Shown: positions 12,901 through 25,683, counted from the stretch's first letter. The stretch is DNA of 64,000 nt from Convolutriloba macropyga (GCF_964194025.1 NC_134469.1:70556001-70620000); one strand, 5' to 3'. Translations and numbers: made by a program. Notes: generated by a model from the sequence alone, not told the origin.

Positions 12901-13387
12901 CATTGAGGTCACCGATGACACAAATACGCTCCCTATGTTTGAAACTGGAAACTAGGTCTGAAAGTTGACTCCAAAACAAATCCTTCTCTTGGAGACTAGC
13001 TTCATTCGTAGGTGCGTAGCAGACAACAACAGCTAGATTGGCTCTCCTCTGAGCCGCGAACTTGACGTAGCAAATACGTTCACTTAGAGCCACTTGTTCT
13101 ACGATGCTGTTTATCAATGACTTCTTTACAGCAACGCCCACTCCTCCTTGTCTCGACTTTACACCAGACAACCACGAGTCAGACAGGTAGAGCTTGTGGT
13201 CTCCGAGATCAATTTCTTGCTCCTGCAATCTCGTCTCCTGCACTCCCAGAATATCCAACTTGTATCGCGCCAGATCCATTTTCAAAGCCTCTAGAGATCC
13301 GGCTTGGGTCAGTGTTCTGACGTTTAAAGTTGCAATTCTGAGTTGGTTCCTCGGGAGATTTTTAGCACCCCTTACCCGGGACTCGGG
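9908..13387 (-). CDS. RTE ORF: AP endonuclease + reverse transcriptase with internal KOW-like/2x zinc-finger insertion (5' partial)
   Basis: APE motifs IATLNVRTL, GVQETR, YAPT, GDLNA, LDHIL, DHELV. RT motifs NHRGISLL, EEQCGFR, FIDFRAAFDSVDR, GVRQGDVWSP, FADD, GLKINVAKTK, FKYLGS. RTE-type C-terminus LYSSETW...LRRIL...WYGHIQRM...RRAPGGQRKTW. Confidence 0.93.
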   Translation of the reverse strand, partial: PESRVRGAKNLPRNQLRIATLNVRTLTQAGSLEALKMDLARYKLDILGVQETRLQEQEIDLGDHKLYLSDSWLSGVKSRQGGVGVAVKKSLINSIVEQVALSERICYVKFAAQRRANLAVVVCYAPTNEASLQEKDLFWSQLSDLVSSFKHRERICVIGDLNAEPGHQLNDTMSCRGPFGMGEENENSEKLLSFCTSHKLLVGGTWFQHRQVHRYTFNPPDPSCRKKMLDHILFAERYRGCLTNVRSRRGKTTITDHELVIAEVSMKLLSKKSCFTPRISSAKLQDETTRDLFTQEVKLHLDKSGDFENTEQSWDNFRKALNQAAVKCLLPDKRVNKPWISPDSLELIRKRADLQLKKHSSAEVLLEFTNCCKEVRKALRADKRAWLERKGQEVQSFADRGNLKEVFGASQQICRNWRPQLTKLVSSTGVNLRTKEERLERWTEHFSQLLNPSTFSCSTRLDPEEAAESLPIDLSPIRFEEVLEAVRRLKNGKASGPDNISCEMMKAHKGIVEWLWDIIDKCWSTEVLPDDWKVAEIVPLYKSKGKRSECSNHRGISLLSVPGKVFASVTLNRCKDSVDRVLREEQCGFRKSRGCADQLFALRQIIEKSMAFQLDISFCFIDFRAAFDSVDREQMYQIMKHYGLPQKVINIIRNSYDGFKCRVKAEGEKGRLFDVRTGVRQGDVWSPILFGLVINYILANLVHGGLELGRLVADLDFADDVALVGVSDSEVQENLHRIEALAEAAGLKINVAKTKNMGVKCDNPNVVAVPSIQQNVEILTGTHKGKLGLLAETSSQSRLTIGTEVLLGTKKKAGWFETQDGRKLRLKSLAEAKPALVASQQQSAVADLESLENESGSAVADQESLRCQNCQRQFSTVTGRKVHQTRFCKAGSSKNVVDKSKFEQLEASLTCDKCERKFKTVNGRKVHQSRYCGKPKAAATRVFSCKVQDVIGNEFENIEAFKYLGSYVSLKHGDLQEVNCKLAEGRQRFANFQNLWKSKQLSVHLKCNLYKALVLSAVLYSSETWTLSKLMERKLESFHCGCLRRILRVSYLEKATNDEIMSRSRMPQLSTMIMLKRIKWYGHIQRMEPGRLARSAFDWDPPDQYAHARRAPGGQRKTWMSQIEGDCVRNKVSFTRLQEKAATGSKNAFNNFVVQHFTE

Positions 13388-15849
13388 NNNNNNNNNNNNN
13401 NNNNNNNNNNNNNNNNNNNNNNNNNNNNNNNNNNNNNNNNNNNNNNNNNNNNNNNNNNNNNNNNNNNNNNNNNNNNNNNNNNNNNNNNNNNNNNNNNNNN
13501 NNNNNNNNNNNNNNNNNNNNNNNNNNNNNNNNNNNNNNNNNNNNNNNNNNNNNNNNNNNNNNNNNNNNNNNNNNNNNNNNNNNNNNNNNNNNNNNNNNNN
13601 NNNNNNNNNNNNNNNNNNNNNNNNNNNNNNNNNNNNNNNNNNNNNNNNNNNNNNNNNNNNNNNNNNNNNNNNNNNNNNNNNNNNNNNNNNNNNNNNNNNN
13701 NNNNNNNNNNNNNNNNNNNNNNNNNNNNNNNNNNNNNNNNNNNNNNNNNNNNNNNNNNNNNNNNNNNNNNNNNNNNNNNNNNNNNNNNNNNNNNNNNNNN
13801 NNNNNNNNNNNNNNNNNNNNNNNNNNNNNNNNNNNNNNNNNNNNNNNNNNNNNNNNNNNNNNNNNNNNNNNNNNNNNNNNNNNNNNNNNNNNNNNNNNNN
13901 NNNNNNNNNNNNNNNNNNNNNNNNNNNNNNNNNNNNNNNNNNNNNNNNNNNNNNNNNNNNNNNNNNNNNNNNNNNNNNNNNNNNNNNNNNNNNNNNNNNN
14001 NNNNNNNNNNNNNNNNNNNNNNNNNNNNNNNNNNNNNNNNNNNNNNNNNNNNNNNNNNNNNNNNNNNNNNNNNNNNNNNNNNNNNNNNNNNNNNNNNNNN
14101 NNNNNNNNCTTGCCAATCCAAGTGTTTTTAAGCTCCCAGTTAGAAAGCGTGTATTGCTATAAACTATGTTACCATGTGAAAAATTTTTGCAGCGGACAGA
14201 GTAATAGATATATGCGCACTAAGGTTCAGGGACAAAATATATCTAAGGAATCGTTAAATGTAGCTCTCCATCTAATTTGTCTAATTGGAAGTTTTGTCTG
14301 TAATAGGTACACTAATATACGAGTATCACTTGCCAACCCGATATCAATAAAAAAAATACTACACACAAGCATCAAGTGAGAAAAATGTGAAAGAAAAGAT
14401 AGAGAGCACTATATCGAAAACAACTAATGAAGAAAGTAAAAGAGTCAAACTAATAGACTCCTTTCTTCAACAACAATTCTTCTTAAAAGATCAACAATTT
14501 CTCACATCCCAAAATGTCCTTGAGGCTCGAATTTGGAGGATGGAAATCCTGGGGAGAGCGAAGTTGATCTTTCTCCTTCGATGTGACATAAGGTCTGTGT
14601 AGCTGTCTTATTTTCGAGCAGCTTTGACGCCAGTTGTTGCAGAGCTTTTGATGCTGATGGGACGGCTCCACCAGTGCAAGCAATTTTTTGTTCATTTTTG
14701 TTCTTTTTGTTAGATTCAAGATAGTTGTAGGCTTCGGTAGTGCTTTGAGTGCAATTTTTTTTACCGATTTGAGATATTTTAAATCAAAGCATGTTATTTT
14801 GCCGTCAGTCCGTTGCCCTTGATATCTAATCTTGTATTATCATCACCACAAATTATTGTTGATTTGATAGCAAAAGTTAATCTTTGATCAAAAAGATATC
14901 ACTTCAGCGGTACAGCTTTTAACCATTTTAAAGCCTTTTCCTGCAGATAAGTAATCTGAGCCGTTCTCGTTCTTATTCAGTTTCATGTCATTTATGATAT
15001 AAAGCCTTTTTACCTTCTTTTTTTTCATGCTGCTTTGTTGCTTTAATTCGGTTTCGGACAGATTCATAGAGCCAGACGGAAGTAGCCGGCTTCGTGAAAA
15101 ATATTTAGTTAGAGCAGAACAAGCAAAACAAAAGAATTTATCTTTAAATGATCTTTTCCGTTTTTGCCTCTGCAGATTATTGTGTGCTTATTATTTGCAA
15201 TGCCACTTTTTTTTACTTGATGTTTTACTTTGTAATGGAAAATTATCTTCAACTGGTGGCAGCATAACGTTCCTGGGCACAAACGGAACAGATCCATTTT
15301 GAATCTTATTTTATTGGTATGAAAGCATAATCATATTAAGTACATTCCCCCGTTTGAATAAATTTCTCCAGTTCAGAATTTTTGAATGAAAACAATCTAA
15401 TTTTCTGAGGCATAATTGCACTTTACAATTGTGGAAGGTGTATGGAAGTATAACTCTCATTTCAGCAATTACTGCAGATTTTTTTAAATAACAATATCTG
15501 AATTTCTCCGGTGCTTAACAAAAGTTTTACAAAATATAAAACATAGCGCCGAAATAGGCCCTCCAAAGCCAAAGTGCTGCATGGGAGTGCCCATGGAGCA
15601 AACCGTGAATAATTAACATGTAACTTAATAAAAATTATGGTTACATGAACAGTCTCTCAAAAATTGTTTCGTTTAAAATTGTTATATTCATTATACGGTC
15701 TGTTACTTTTTAAGTGCAATTCAGATAATTGAATTTAAGGGGCGATAATGAATTTTAATCTGACAACAAATTGAACAGATCCAGACGTCTGTACGTAGGT
15801 GAGTTTTTTAGCACTATTTTTAATTTTAGGTACTTTATGTTTACCTTGT

Positions 15850-18450
15850 GTGCTTGATCTTGAGAAACACAAGGTATCATTGCTAGAACTTTTTTCGGTG
15901 ATTTGCTAGTCTGAATATAGATAAAAATACACTTTAGGAGTTTTTCGTAATTTTTTTTTCTGAAATAAATATAATCGTTTCAATTTTTTTTGTAAGGTGC
16001 AACCATACAGTAACAAACCATACGACATGATAATCTGTATATAGGTTTATAATAAACAATCAAAAATTGATTGATGACAAAATTTCTCAATCAAATTATA
16101 ACAAAAATTTGAAACAAAATCATTATAATCATTTACTTTATATGACAATCAAATTTGAATTTATGCTCAAGATAAATACTCAGGTATTTTTTCACATTTA
16201 GATTCACGTAAAGTTTCACTGCTCAGAGTGACATCAAGGCTAATATTAGAAAAATTTAATAGTTGTGTCTTAGAAGAATTCAAACACAGCTAATTTTCTT
16301 CGAACCTTCATGCATTTTTATTGAGCTCATCATTCAAAGCATCAGAATGTACCGATTTGGATTCAAAAAAAAAATTTCGGTCATCTGTGAACGTATACGG
16401 ACCCAACTGTTCACTATAGATGGGCAAATGATTTATATAAAGGGAAAACAACAGTGGTTCTAAAACAGAACGACGTGGTACACCAAATATAATGACATCT
16501 ACCTGAGATAAGCATTTGCCTAATTTAACGCAATTGATTTTGTTTTTCAAGTAAGATTTAAACCATTCCAATGAAAATCCTCTAACACCATAATCAGGAC
16601 ATTTTCGAAGAAGTTTTTAACGATCAATTTTGTCAAAAGCTTTTCTTAATTTCAAGTGAAATGCAGCAGGTAAAAGATTTTGCAACATACAAATGATCTT
16701 TGTATTTGGAATCCGAGCGTCAGTTGTAGAGCGTTTGGGTTGGAAACCAAACTGCTTTTTATACAACGCTTTATTATTATTTAGAAAGTTATAGAGACGG
16801 TTGAACAATGCCCTCTCAAAAATATGTGTCGATAATTTCCAACTTTCGTTTTCGATCCGGCTTTATACATTGGATTAAACTTTGCATGTTTCAAGTAGTC
16901 AGAACTTTTGTGATCGACAGACTAAATAGGTATGGGACAAGATACGCAAGAACATTAGTGTTAGAACTTTAGCAGGAAATGTATCCAACCCAGTTAAATA
17001 TTTAAATCAAGATTTTTGCAAAAATTGAAAACCTCTGAATATGAACACTAGGCAAGATAAATTGATTTTTATTGATTGGTTTTTCAATTGAGTGATTGTT
17101 TTTCATACCAATGGAACAAAAATATATAAATATATATTAGAGCAATCAGCGGCGTCGTGATCATTTTCAATGGCGTTTCCGTCTTCACTTTCTATAAATA
17201 TTGTATCATCTTTGCTACTCCCTCCACAAATTGAGCTTAATTGAGCTTAATTGAGCTTAATAAACTGATCGCTTTGAACTTAATAGGTATATGAGTTGTT
17301 CACTAAGATAAAATTTTTTGTTCAGGCAAAGATTATTGTTTACTTTTTTCAATATTTTACATATTTTGCTCGTTTTTTAAAATTTGGACGCTTGACTGGG
17401 TTTTCAATGGCGTTGTTTTTTGCCATAAAACTTCTCAATTTAATATTTACCCACGAACACTTTTAAGGTTTATTTTTACTTGTTATAATTACCCAACTTT
17501 TGTCTGTAATTTCTTTTATAGTTCTGTTTAGGTTTTTTTGTAAATTCCAAAAGAGTCATCGTACACTAACTTGTCATTATAGATGCTAGTTGGTTGTGCA
17601 AATTACTTAGGGCATTGTCCTTGTTCAGAACTGGATACAATCTGATTGTCATGTTTTCGGCTTTAATTTTAGTTGATGAATCAACACATGTATTATTTGG
17701 ATAACGATCAGTAATGCTTGGAAAACTAAGATGACATTAAACGGAGTTAGTGCTCGTTTTATAAGGCCCGGGATCAATTAACGTTGTGATGGTACCTGTT
17801 ACTCCCATTGAAAATTCTAGAAAATGAGTAAAACCATTTTGTGCAATCATTGCATAGTATTCGTCAACAGATATAGAAATTTGAAGTAAAGCTATGTTGA
17901 AATCACTAAGTATTATACATTTCAGGTCATGTTATTGTAGGAATATAAGTATTGTTTCAAAATAGTGGAAAGTAAGTTTTAGATACAGCAAAGTATTAGG
18001 TTATATGTAATAGAGCGTCTAATAGTTAACGAAGTTATACAGAGAATTTTTTTGTCGGTATTAATTCATATGCTACTTTTTATTCAATATAATTATGCTA
18101 CCATTTCAGGGAATTTATTCGTGTTATCTGGAATAATCATATTTTATCCGGATAATTCATAGAGATTGAAAAGATATCAGATATCGGTATTACTTCATAT
18201 GCTACCTTTTAATTAATATAAATATGCTACCATTTAGGCAATTTTATTCGTGCGATCTGAGTTTATCATATTTTATCCGGATAATTCATAGAGGTCGAAA
18301 ACAAATCAGACATTAGCCAGGTTTCCGAGGGATATAGTGGTTTGTATTCTTTATCTTTTATGGTTTGTTATACTTCATCAAAATTTTTATTTTGTAATCT
18401 TTTGTTAGTATAAAGGACAGTAGCATTTTGTTCGAAACACATTGCACATT
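15850..18450 (-). pseudogene. Degenerate CR1/L2-like LINE ORF2 (APE + RT)
   Basis: Minus-strand motifs in correct order: SETWL (~18315-18329), CIILSDFNI (~17893-17922), KQFGFQPKRSTTDA, LRKAFDKIDR, WFKSYL...GVPRRSVLEPLLFSLYINHLP...FTDD, KKYLSIYLEHK. Many stops and frameshifts. Confidence 0.8.
18055..18293. repeat. ~130-bp local tandem duplication inside the LINE endonuclease region
   Basis: TCGGTATTA..TCATATGCTAC...ATCATATTTTATCCGGATAATTCATAGAG occurs twice (~18055 and ~18184). Confidence 0.8.
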
Positions 18451-18519
18451 TTGGCGGTCTAACTTCAAAAAGGGAACGATTCCATCCATATAGTTCACAC
18501 AAGTTATTCAAGTCTAATG

Positions 18520-19300
18520 AATGTAAATATTTAGGACTAACAATTGGTAGCAGTGTCATATTCATGAATCGTGTAAAACAAACGTTAAAGAAGATGGCTC
18601 AGGAGACTATAGTCTCAATCGGAATTCTACTCCCTACATCAAGCTTTGAATTTCTACTTCATTCAATTGTTTTGTCACATCTCAATCATTCCGCTTTATT
18701 TATTCAACACATTAGAAAACCTACGATGCTTTCTCTAGAAAAGCAGCTGAACTGGGGTCTTAAAAAGGTTTTTTTCCGCTCAAATTGTAAATCGTCCCGG
18801 CGTTTAAGAATTAAAAATAGGTGATCGGGATTAAACAGAGAATTGATCAACTTTCTATTTTTTATCGCAGAAAATATATCAGGCGTTATAAAAAAGCATT
18901 CAATACGACACTGATTTTACCAGGGGCAAAATACTCCATTAATGAACCTACTCGAAAATTATTTTTCTATGACCAGAGATCAACTTCTTTGCTAGACAAA
19001 TCTGTTTTCCATGCTACGTCAAAAAAATGGAATTCACTACCAAATCAACTCAGAGATTTCGAAACTAACCAAAGTGTGTTCAAAAAATTGTTAATAAAGG
19101 ACTACAAAGATCAAATTTATGATGGCGTGAAAAATTCTGAATGTCTTTCGTGGCGTGAGTTTCGACTAGTTTAATCTTTAAAACCTCACTGTGGAATTTT
19201 GCAACAACTTTTTAACGTAATTTTGTGATTTTTACTTTTAATTGTACCTTTAGCATTGATAGCGTCCCTCTTCAACAATTACAGTGCTAAACAATAAAGT
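18520..19300 (+). pseudogene. 5'-truncated CR1/L2-like LINE 3' end
   Basis: KYLGLTI, LLHSIVLSHLNHS, LEKQLNWGLK, SVFHATSKKWNSLPNQLR...FKKLL, then AATAAA near 19294. Confidence 0.7.
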
Positions 19301-21619
19301 GCCTGCTTCTTCAAATGGTTTTGCAATAAATTTGTCTATACAAGATTATCGTCGGAGATTCCGGAGCCTCTTGGACTACCCGATGGATTGATTAAAGTTT
19401 GAGTCATCGAAGTCGAAAAATAGTTCATGTAATTCAAGTCACTCATAACTAATGCCCCAAATCTTTATCGTTTCAGGAGCTTTTTATGAGTGTGTCCAGG
19501 AAGATCAATTTGGATCATTCGTGACAGAAGGTTGCAGAAACAAAAAATTTTTTTAATGCTTGAGAAGCCCAAACAAGTATGATTGCCACCAAAGAAGTGA
19601 AAAGAAAAAGCAATCACAATGAAAGTGAGTTAACTACTTATAAGCCTGAAGCTCTGGAATCATCGTTACATTTCTTAATGTGCCTCTTAGTTTTCTGGGA
19701 AATTATGACAGTTTATATTTGTGACCTCCACTCGTTTGGATACTGATATAGCCTGCGATTTGGGTTGTGGTACAATTTATGATTACTAAGCTATGTAGAG
19801 ATAAAAAGGAGGATCTTTTCTTGTATCCCGTCTAGCTAAGTGAGCATTTTACTTTAACCACTCCCAGACGTACGTGCTAATTCTTTTTACATAGTAGCGT
19901 AGTGTGCTATAAAACAATACATAATTTGTTAGTCGTGGCATAAAAACAAGGAGGTCGAAACAGAATATATGCAAGGGAAAGATCCTGTCTATGAAGCGTG
20001 AACAATAATTTTTTCAGTCGAAAGGAGGCGGAGATCGAGAATCAACTCCTCAATGAAAAATTTGGCCGAGATAGTGCCAGCATCGTCTTCCACTATGATA
20101 TCCGGGGGAAATTCTGCAACTCATGTTAGTTTAGCTATCGCGTACCTAAATAGTATTAATTCTGTGAAAATGATCAGTTGAGGTTGATTAAGTCGGGAAT
20201 GCGTTTGCTGGACAATACTTTTCGCGAAAATAAGAAACGGAGACACTGTTCGAGCAAGGTTCGCTGTCGTTATAAACAACAAAAAGGGTGATATGTGGCA
20301 TAACAATGTCTAAAAGCACCATGTTAAGAAAATCCAAATTGTAGATTTGAGACTTGCAAGCAGAAACGATAAAGGTCACTTAAAAATTATCGTTAATAAT
20401 TGATTTGTTTCGATCAAGAAATCCCTTGATTCATCTGTTTCCTGAATCAATTGAGAACGTAGATAACTACTCACATTTAAAAAGACCTTTCTGTTTTAAA
20501 AGACAACTCAATGTAAGGCAGTTAACATATATTTTTGTAAACAATTATCTGGTTGCTCAAAAAGTTTGATTTAATTAATACAAACGACTGCAAAATACAT
20601 TCCTTGAGCGTTTTTTACAGAGGAACATTTTCAAAACGGGACGGCATTCCGTTACTTTACATTTAACAGGAACAAGAGTGGGAGCAAGACAAGAGAATAG
20701 AAAGACCACGCACACTTAATATTTTTTGTTTGTATATATTTTGGAAAATCAGTTACTAGCTGAAAAAGCAATATCTGTGCGAGCTTTTATTGTCCATCTC
20801 TTGGTTTTATTGTTCCGACCCCCACTTAAGGAATTATATACCGAAATAGGTTTTTTTGTTCAGTCAGTTTTGGCCGATCGATATATTCATCATAGAGAGT
20901 TGTGAGTGTTATCATTAAAAAGCACGTTCATCCTAGAGTGTGGAATTCTTTTTTTCGAATTTCGTTTGTTACAGGAAGTTATCGAGGTGTAAAGTTCTGT
21001 GAATATTCGACAGTTTTTACGTTTTCGTAATTTTTGCTAAAATTTGGCTCCATTTTGCTGATATTATTTAATATAAGTCAGTTTTTAACGGTAGAGTGTT
21101 ATTGTTACCATTAGAGATCGAAGAGAGCGTTGCTGAATTGTTTGATTGGAGTTTTTGGCTAAAAATTTTGTTAACATTTTAAAAATTCGGACTTTTTTCG
21201 TCGAAAATTGCACAAAGTATGCTTTTTTGGTCCACTGTTTAAGTTTGCCGAAAATGGAGACCTACAAACCGCTGACACAATCACCGTAATCTCCTAATTG
21301 AAATTCGGCGCCCTGTAAGTGTCTTCTGGAAGCAAAATTTCGGCGGTTTTTTCCAAACTTAACTCGAAAATTATACAAAATGCATCATTGTTTTTTCGAT
21401 TTTGGAAATATTTCACTTGACAATTGGTCCAATGCGCAAACATTTAGAACACCTGTTTGGTTTACTGGCCTGCGGCAAAATCAGGGATAGGTTTGATATC
21501 ATAATGGATTCCTATTTTTTAAATTAATTTTTCTTATTAAATAGAAATTTTTTATTTTGGTGCTGCCTTTTTAAAAATTTTTTTGCTTTTATTGTCTTAA
21601 TGTTAATTCCTGACAGAAT

Positions 21620-22950
21620 TTTCAATTCGTTGCTCCATTAATGACAGCTCCCATTAACGTAAAAGTGAGTCCAAATGTAGATATTGTATGTTTTCAGACA
21701 ACCTAATTGTTTTATGGCTTTGAAGAAGAGTTTCAGTGAACTTTAACTGAATTCTTGTGTTTTATCTTCATTTGTTGTTCTTTTTGCATTATGAATACTA
21801 AGTCTAAACAATCAAACACCCAAATGGCTCCTTCAAGAGGTTGTTGTTATTGGTTGTTATCTAATGTCTCTTATGACACTGAATATATTTGTTTTAAGAA
21901 AATTTCAGTGAACTATTGAATATGTCAGTTTTCCATCTTTTTTCTGTCAATATGCAGCTTATTCTCAGTAAATACAGTTCAAACTTTCTGTCATTTAAGA
22001 TCAAAACTAATCCCTGTGGCGCATTTTTGCTTGTTGGTTTTAGTACTACGAGTTTTCATACAAAAATTTGTAATTTTTTGCATAATTCCTCATTTGTGCT
22101 CTTCAGGCTTCTTCGGTAAATTGTCACATTACTGAACAATCTAACGAAAAAGGCGTAACAAAAGTCGTAAATGAACATATTTTTTGTTTTCTTAACTTAT
22201 GATGATCATAACCTATGCTGATAAAGGGCTGCGACACCGTTCTCTTGCAAAATTTGGTAGTTTTTTGCACTGTACTTGTTAATTTTTTGTCGTATGACAA
22301 ATATTGGGCAGTAATTGGCCTCAATAGCCATTTGTATATTTTTTAATGATTTTAGTAACTGATATAGGTATAAAGCTGATGATTTTGATTGACTTTCAAT
22401 TTTGATTTTTTCAAAAATATTAAAAGTGTTCACTTATTTTTGTTCTGGTTTTGTCTTATCGTATTTTAGAATTAGGTATGATTTTCGTAACTTAGCCTCT
22501 TTTCTGAGAGATCGAATTACTTTTTATTTGAACCAAAAGATATTTTTTTCTGTTGGTTAAACGTTTTGACTGATGTCTTGGCATTGGTCCTAGTTTTTTT
22601 TAAATTGCTTGCGATTTTTAAATGTTTTTGAGATCTTTTTTGTTTGCATGACAATTTATCACATTGATGACAGATCCGATTGGCGTCTAAAAAATCAGAA
22701 ATGAAACATTTTAATGCTTTTGGTGTTTTCTTGTTTTTAACGGCTGCGACATTGCTCTTCTGCAAAACTTTTTTTTCATTTTTCCCATTAGTTGTCATTT
22801 ACGTAGTTCAACATAATCAGGCTAATGAAAAGTCGCCATGCCTTCCTCTATTTTTAAAAGGCAATTATTTAATGAATTCAGTTTTTTGCTCAAGGTTTTA
22901 TTAAGTTATTCGAAAGTTTAAAAAAGCAATTCTGAAACTACCTTTTTTGC
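21620..22950 (-). pseudogene. Highly decayed LINE RT remnant
   Basis: Minus-strand PISVTK (~22350-22369, decayed YRPISL) followed by APQGLVL (~22003-22023, decayed VPQGSVL). Confidence 0.4.
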
Positions 22951-22979
22951 TCGACCTTGTCATTATGTTACTTAGTCTT

Positions 22980-24000
22980 ATGTTTGACAGGTCTTCTCAA
23001 CTTATTGCTAAGCGATTCAACAGTTTTCTAATGGTTGTTTTTTTGGAATGTATATAATACCTCATTGTTTTCATGGTTTCAATGCTGTAGTTTCGTAAAT
23101 TGTTTGTGAAATTATGAGGTCCGTCTATAATTTTTCAAACCCTTCTGAGTTGGTCCCACTACTTACGCGCCCAGTTGGCATCCTAAGGAATTGCAAGCTG
23201 ATCCGTTTTAGTTTTTAGTTGAAAGATTTGTTTTCTAGCTAGTATCTATAATGACAGATCGCATCCTCTCTCTAACCAGCTGAAAGTCTATCTTTATAAT
23301 TGTTTTGTTTTCAACTGCTAGTGGGTTGACTTCGATACTACGCATTTTCAGTTGAACAATGGAAAAAATCATTTAAAAACAGTTTCTGGATACCCCCCAT
23401 TTTTGAGCTTGGTTTTTGTTTCCTTGCAACAATATCACTCTAATGGGGAGGTCCTTCTCGCGTTGAAAGAATAGGAAATCGGTACTGAACCTATTCACTC
23501 TTCTCGGTGAATTGCTTATAGTTTTAACTGCCTTGACAAGGCAGTTGTTTTTTTAAAATTTTGTTTTTTTTAATCTTTTCGTAGTATGACATCATATGAA
23601 TAATGAGATGTCTCAAGCGCTTCTTCAATAGGTATAAATGAAGAGGTCTCTATCGTTCCTACAATTATACTTCAAGAGGAATATTTTAACATTTTTAATG
23701 ATTTCATTTCATACCTAATGTTTTTAATCATTTAGAAAATAATGGTTTTCAAAAATTGAATTGTTTTTTTGAACTTTGATCTTTCTGTTGTTATGCCCGA
23801 ATTGTTACAGATTCTCATTAAGGCCGGGTTACACGACTTTTTTGTTCAGCACTGTTAAATTTTATGTTTTATCTGATGCCATTTTAATTTTGTTTTTGTT
23901 TTAAAATATAGACATCGAGACTTTTGGGAGCAATTAATGTTTGTTGTTATTTGAAATTCAAGTTTGGGTAGTCTAACGTTCGCGTTAATGGCAGTTCCTC
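22980..24000 (-). pseudogene. Penelope-like element remnant (RT + GIY-YIG)
   Basis: In order on the minus strand: ASDKT*NLTVLN (~23845-23880; cf. ADKGNxTV), IPIEEAL (~23615-23637; cf. SLFTxIPxxEA), KNGGYP (~23388-23406; cf. NGYP linker), C...VGPTQKGL (~23135-23200; cf. YVGQTxRxL). The catalytic core appears deleted. Confidence 0.45.
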
Positions 24001-24819
24001 AAGGACATCTAATGCGGCATTGTTTTATTCCTTTAGCGGTTTGCTGAACAATATGTGATTTTTTGAAAGTTTTCTATCTCTTCCTCATTGGGTATACAAT
24101 TAAGTCAAAAATGTGGATGAGCGGTATCGGAACTTTGTGCGAACGCACTTTACCGAGCCTCCTTGTTACTTCTAATTTTTGGCGAGGCTCAGATCAGTTC
24201 AAATCCGTTTGTTTCCTTTCATGAAATTGCCGACTGAGTTGAGTGATTGACGTCATTTCTAACTTACATCAAAATTAAGTTTTTGCTGTTTCGCGTGAAT
24301 TGTCTTGCATGACTTTTCTCAGTCTCAAATTTAGTTTGGCAATCTATCTGCTATGTTTGTTTTTTTTTGGTTTGTTTCAATAAGATACCCGATATTGTTT
24401 TGTAGATTTATGTTTACTCCAACAAAGCAATTATTGTAAAACTATGACTTTTTAATGCCAAATTTTCCTTAGATAGTTTTTTGCGCTTGTGTTCAAGAAC
24501 ATTCTTTGGTCTAAGTTGACCTATTGACTCATTCACGCCTGACTTCTTAATTTTTGCGTGATATAAACTAGGTCTTTCCGAAACTAGGTTTTCTGCTAAC
24601 ATAAAGGCGACTGTAAGTAATGAAGAAGCAAGGTCGGTTCAGACTGCTATCCAGGAGATGAAACACAAATCTTCGGTCTCTCAAAGTGAACTAATTTTTA
24701 GCGAACAATAATGCTCACACAAAATATAAAAGGTTTCGAAAAAGTTTTTCACGTTTGAAAGTTATTGCACACGTGGACAACCCTTCAAAACAAAACGCAG
24801 GTGTTAAATACTTTTTGAT

Positions 24820-25683
24820 TGCTGATGACTCTTTCACGTTATATACGCGCTGAACCACTCAAATCAAAATATGCAACGACAACAGCTGAAGTCTTCAGAC
24901 AACAGCCAGCCTTAAAAACTTTTTAATGAAGAGATCAGTCTGGAAGGTGATTTGGGGTAGCTTTGAGTGAAATTATGTTTCTATCTAGAAGCAACCAGGA
25001 TAATGGCAATCGAATCATTAAGTATTCCTCTGAAGGTAACAAAAACCATCAGAGAAGTGATCCATCTGGTGCTGTCTGAAAACCATACAATGGGGAGACC
25101 GCCTTTATCAATGGTGGAAGCTATGAAAACTTGGAACACTTGATAAAAGCCATGAAAACAGCGACTGGTCTAACTAAATTCAGTCATCAGTTCAATAAAA
25201 CCACAGGTGTTCTGGTCTTCTTCTTTGGCAAAAATGAAGGAATATCTTTTCCTGACGAAGGAATTTCGAGCATTTTTTTCTTTAGAGGAATCAAAGATGG
25301 CTCTGGAACTCGTATTGGCCATAAGATGGTTTCGTTTGACAATTTGGTGACGGAAAAGCGAAAGCTTTTGTTACCGATTACCCTTTTGTTCTGCTTTCTG
25401 GAAAACAACTGATATTCGTCGGTGGCAACATAATTGAGTATCAGCACACGAGACACAAAAGCTCCGTTGATTCGTGTCATTGATTCAAAACCACACCTGA
25501 AAAACGGTAGTCCTTGTAAATTTGAACCAATCCATAGAATAGTTTTAGCAATTTGGAATTTAAGAAATTGTTGTCAAGCCATTTTCAGTGTATGGAGGTT
25601 CAGTTGAAAACCGAAACTTACTAATTAGTCCCATTTATGGGAGCATGAAAACTTGTTCTAACGTTAAACTTCGAAAGTTTTAA
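24820..25683 (+). pseudogene. Polinton/adintovirus minor capsid (penton) pseudogene
   Basis: N-terminal NFFNEEISLEGD.. VALSEIMF. C-terminal DTKAPLIRVID...FKKLLSSHFQCMEVQLKTET..LVPF...LVLTLNF. Both match typical penton ends. Confidence 0.7.

Larger units (their letters stand above)
9752..13387 (-). mobile_element. RTE-clade non-LTR retrotransposon, apparently young; 5' end lies in the gap
   Basis: Uninterrupted APE-RT ORF, short 3' UTR ending in an (AGT)n tail. Visibly more GC-rich than its flanks. Confidence 0.92.

Noticed and set aside
10161-13320. Plus-strand ORFs overlapping the RTE, and alternative-frame ORFs within INTS11
   Set aside because: Shadow ORFs of real coding sequence with no recognisable motifs.
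13388-14116. Long ORFs spanning N runs (also 4441-5055, 4703-4984), including the 1402-aa start at 14116
   Set aside because: Artefacts of translating through assembly gaps. The true RTE start is not visible.
19736-19789. DIACDLGCGT resembling SAM-methyltransferase motif I
   Set aside because: A stop follows within a few codons and no other methyltransferase motifs are nearby. Probably chance or an unidentifiable remnant.
20265-20312. Decayed gag zinc knuckle (CRYKQQKG*YVA*QC)
   Set aside because: Too degenerate, and no LTR or pol motifs support it.
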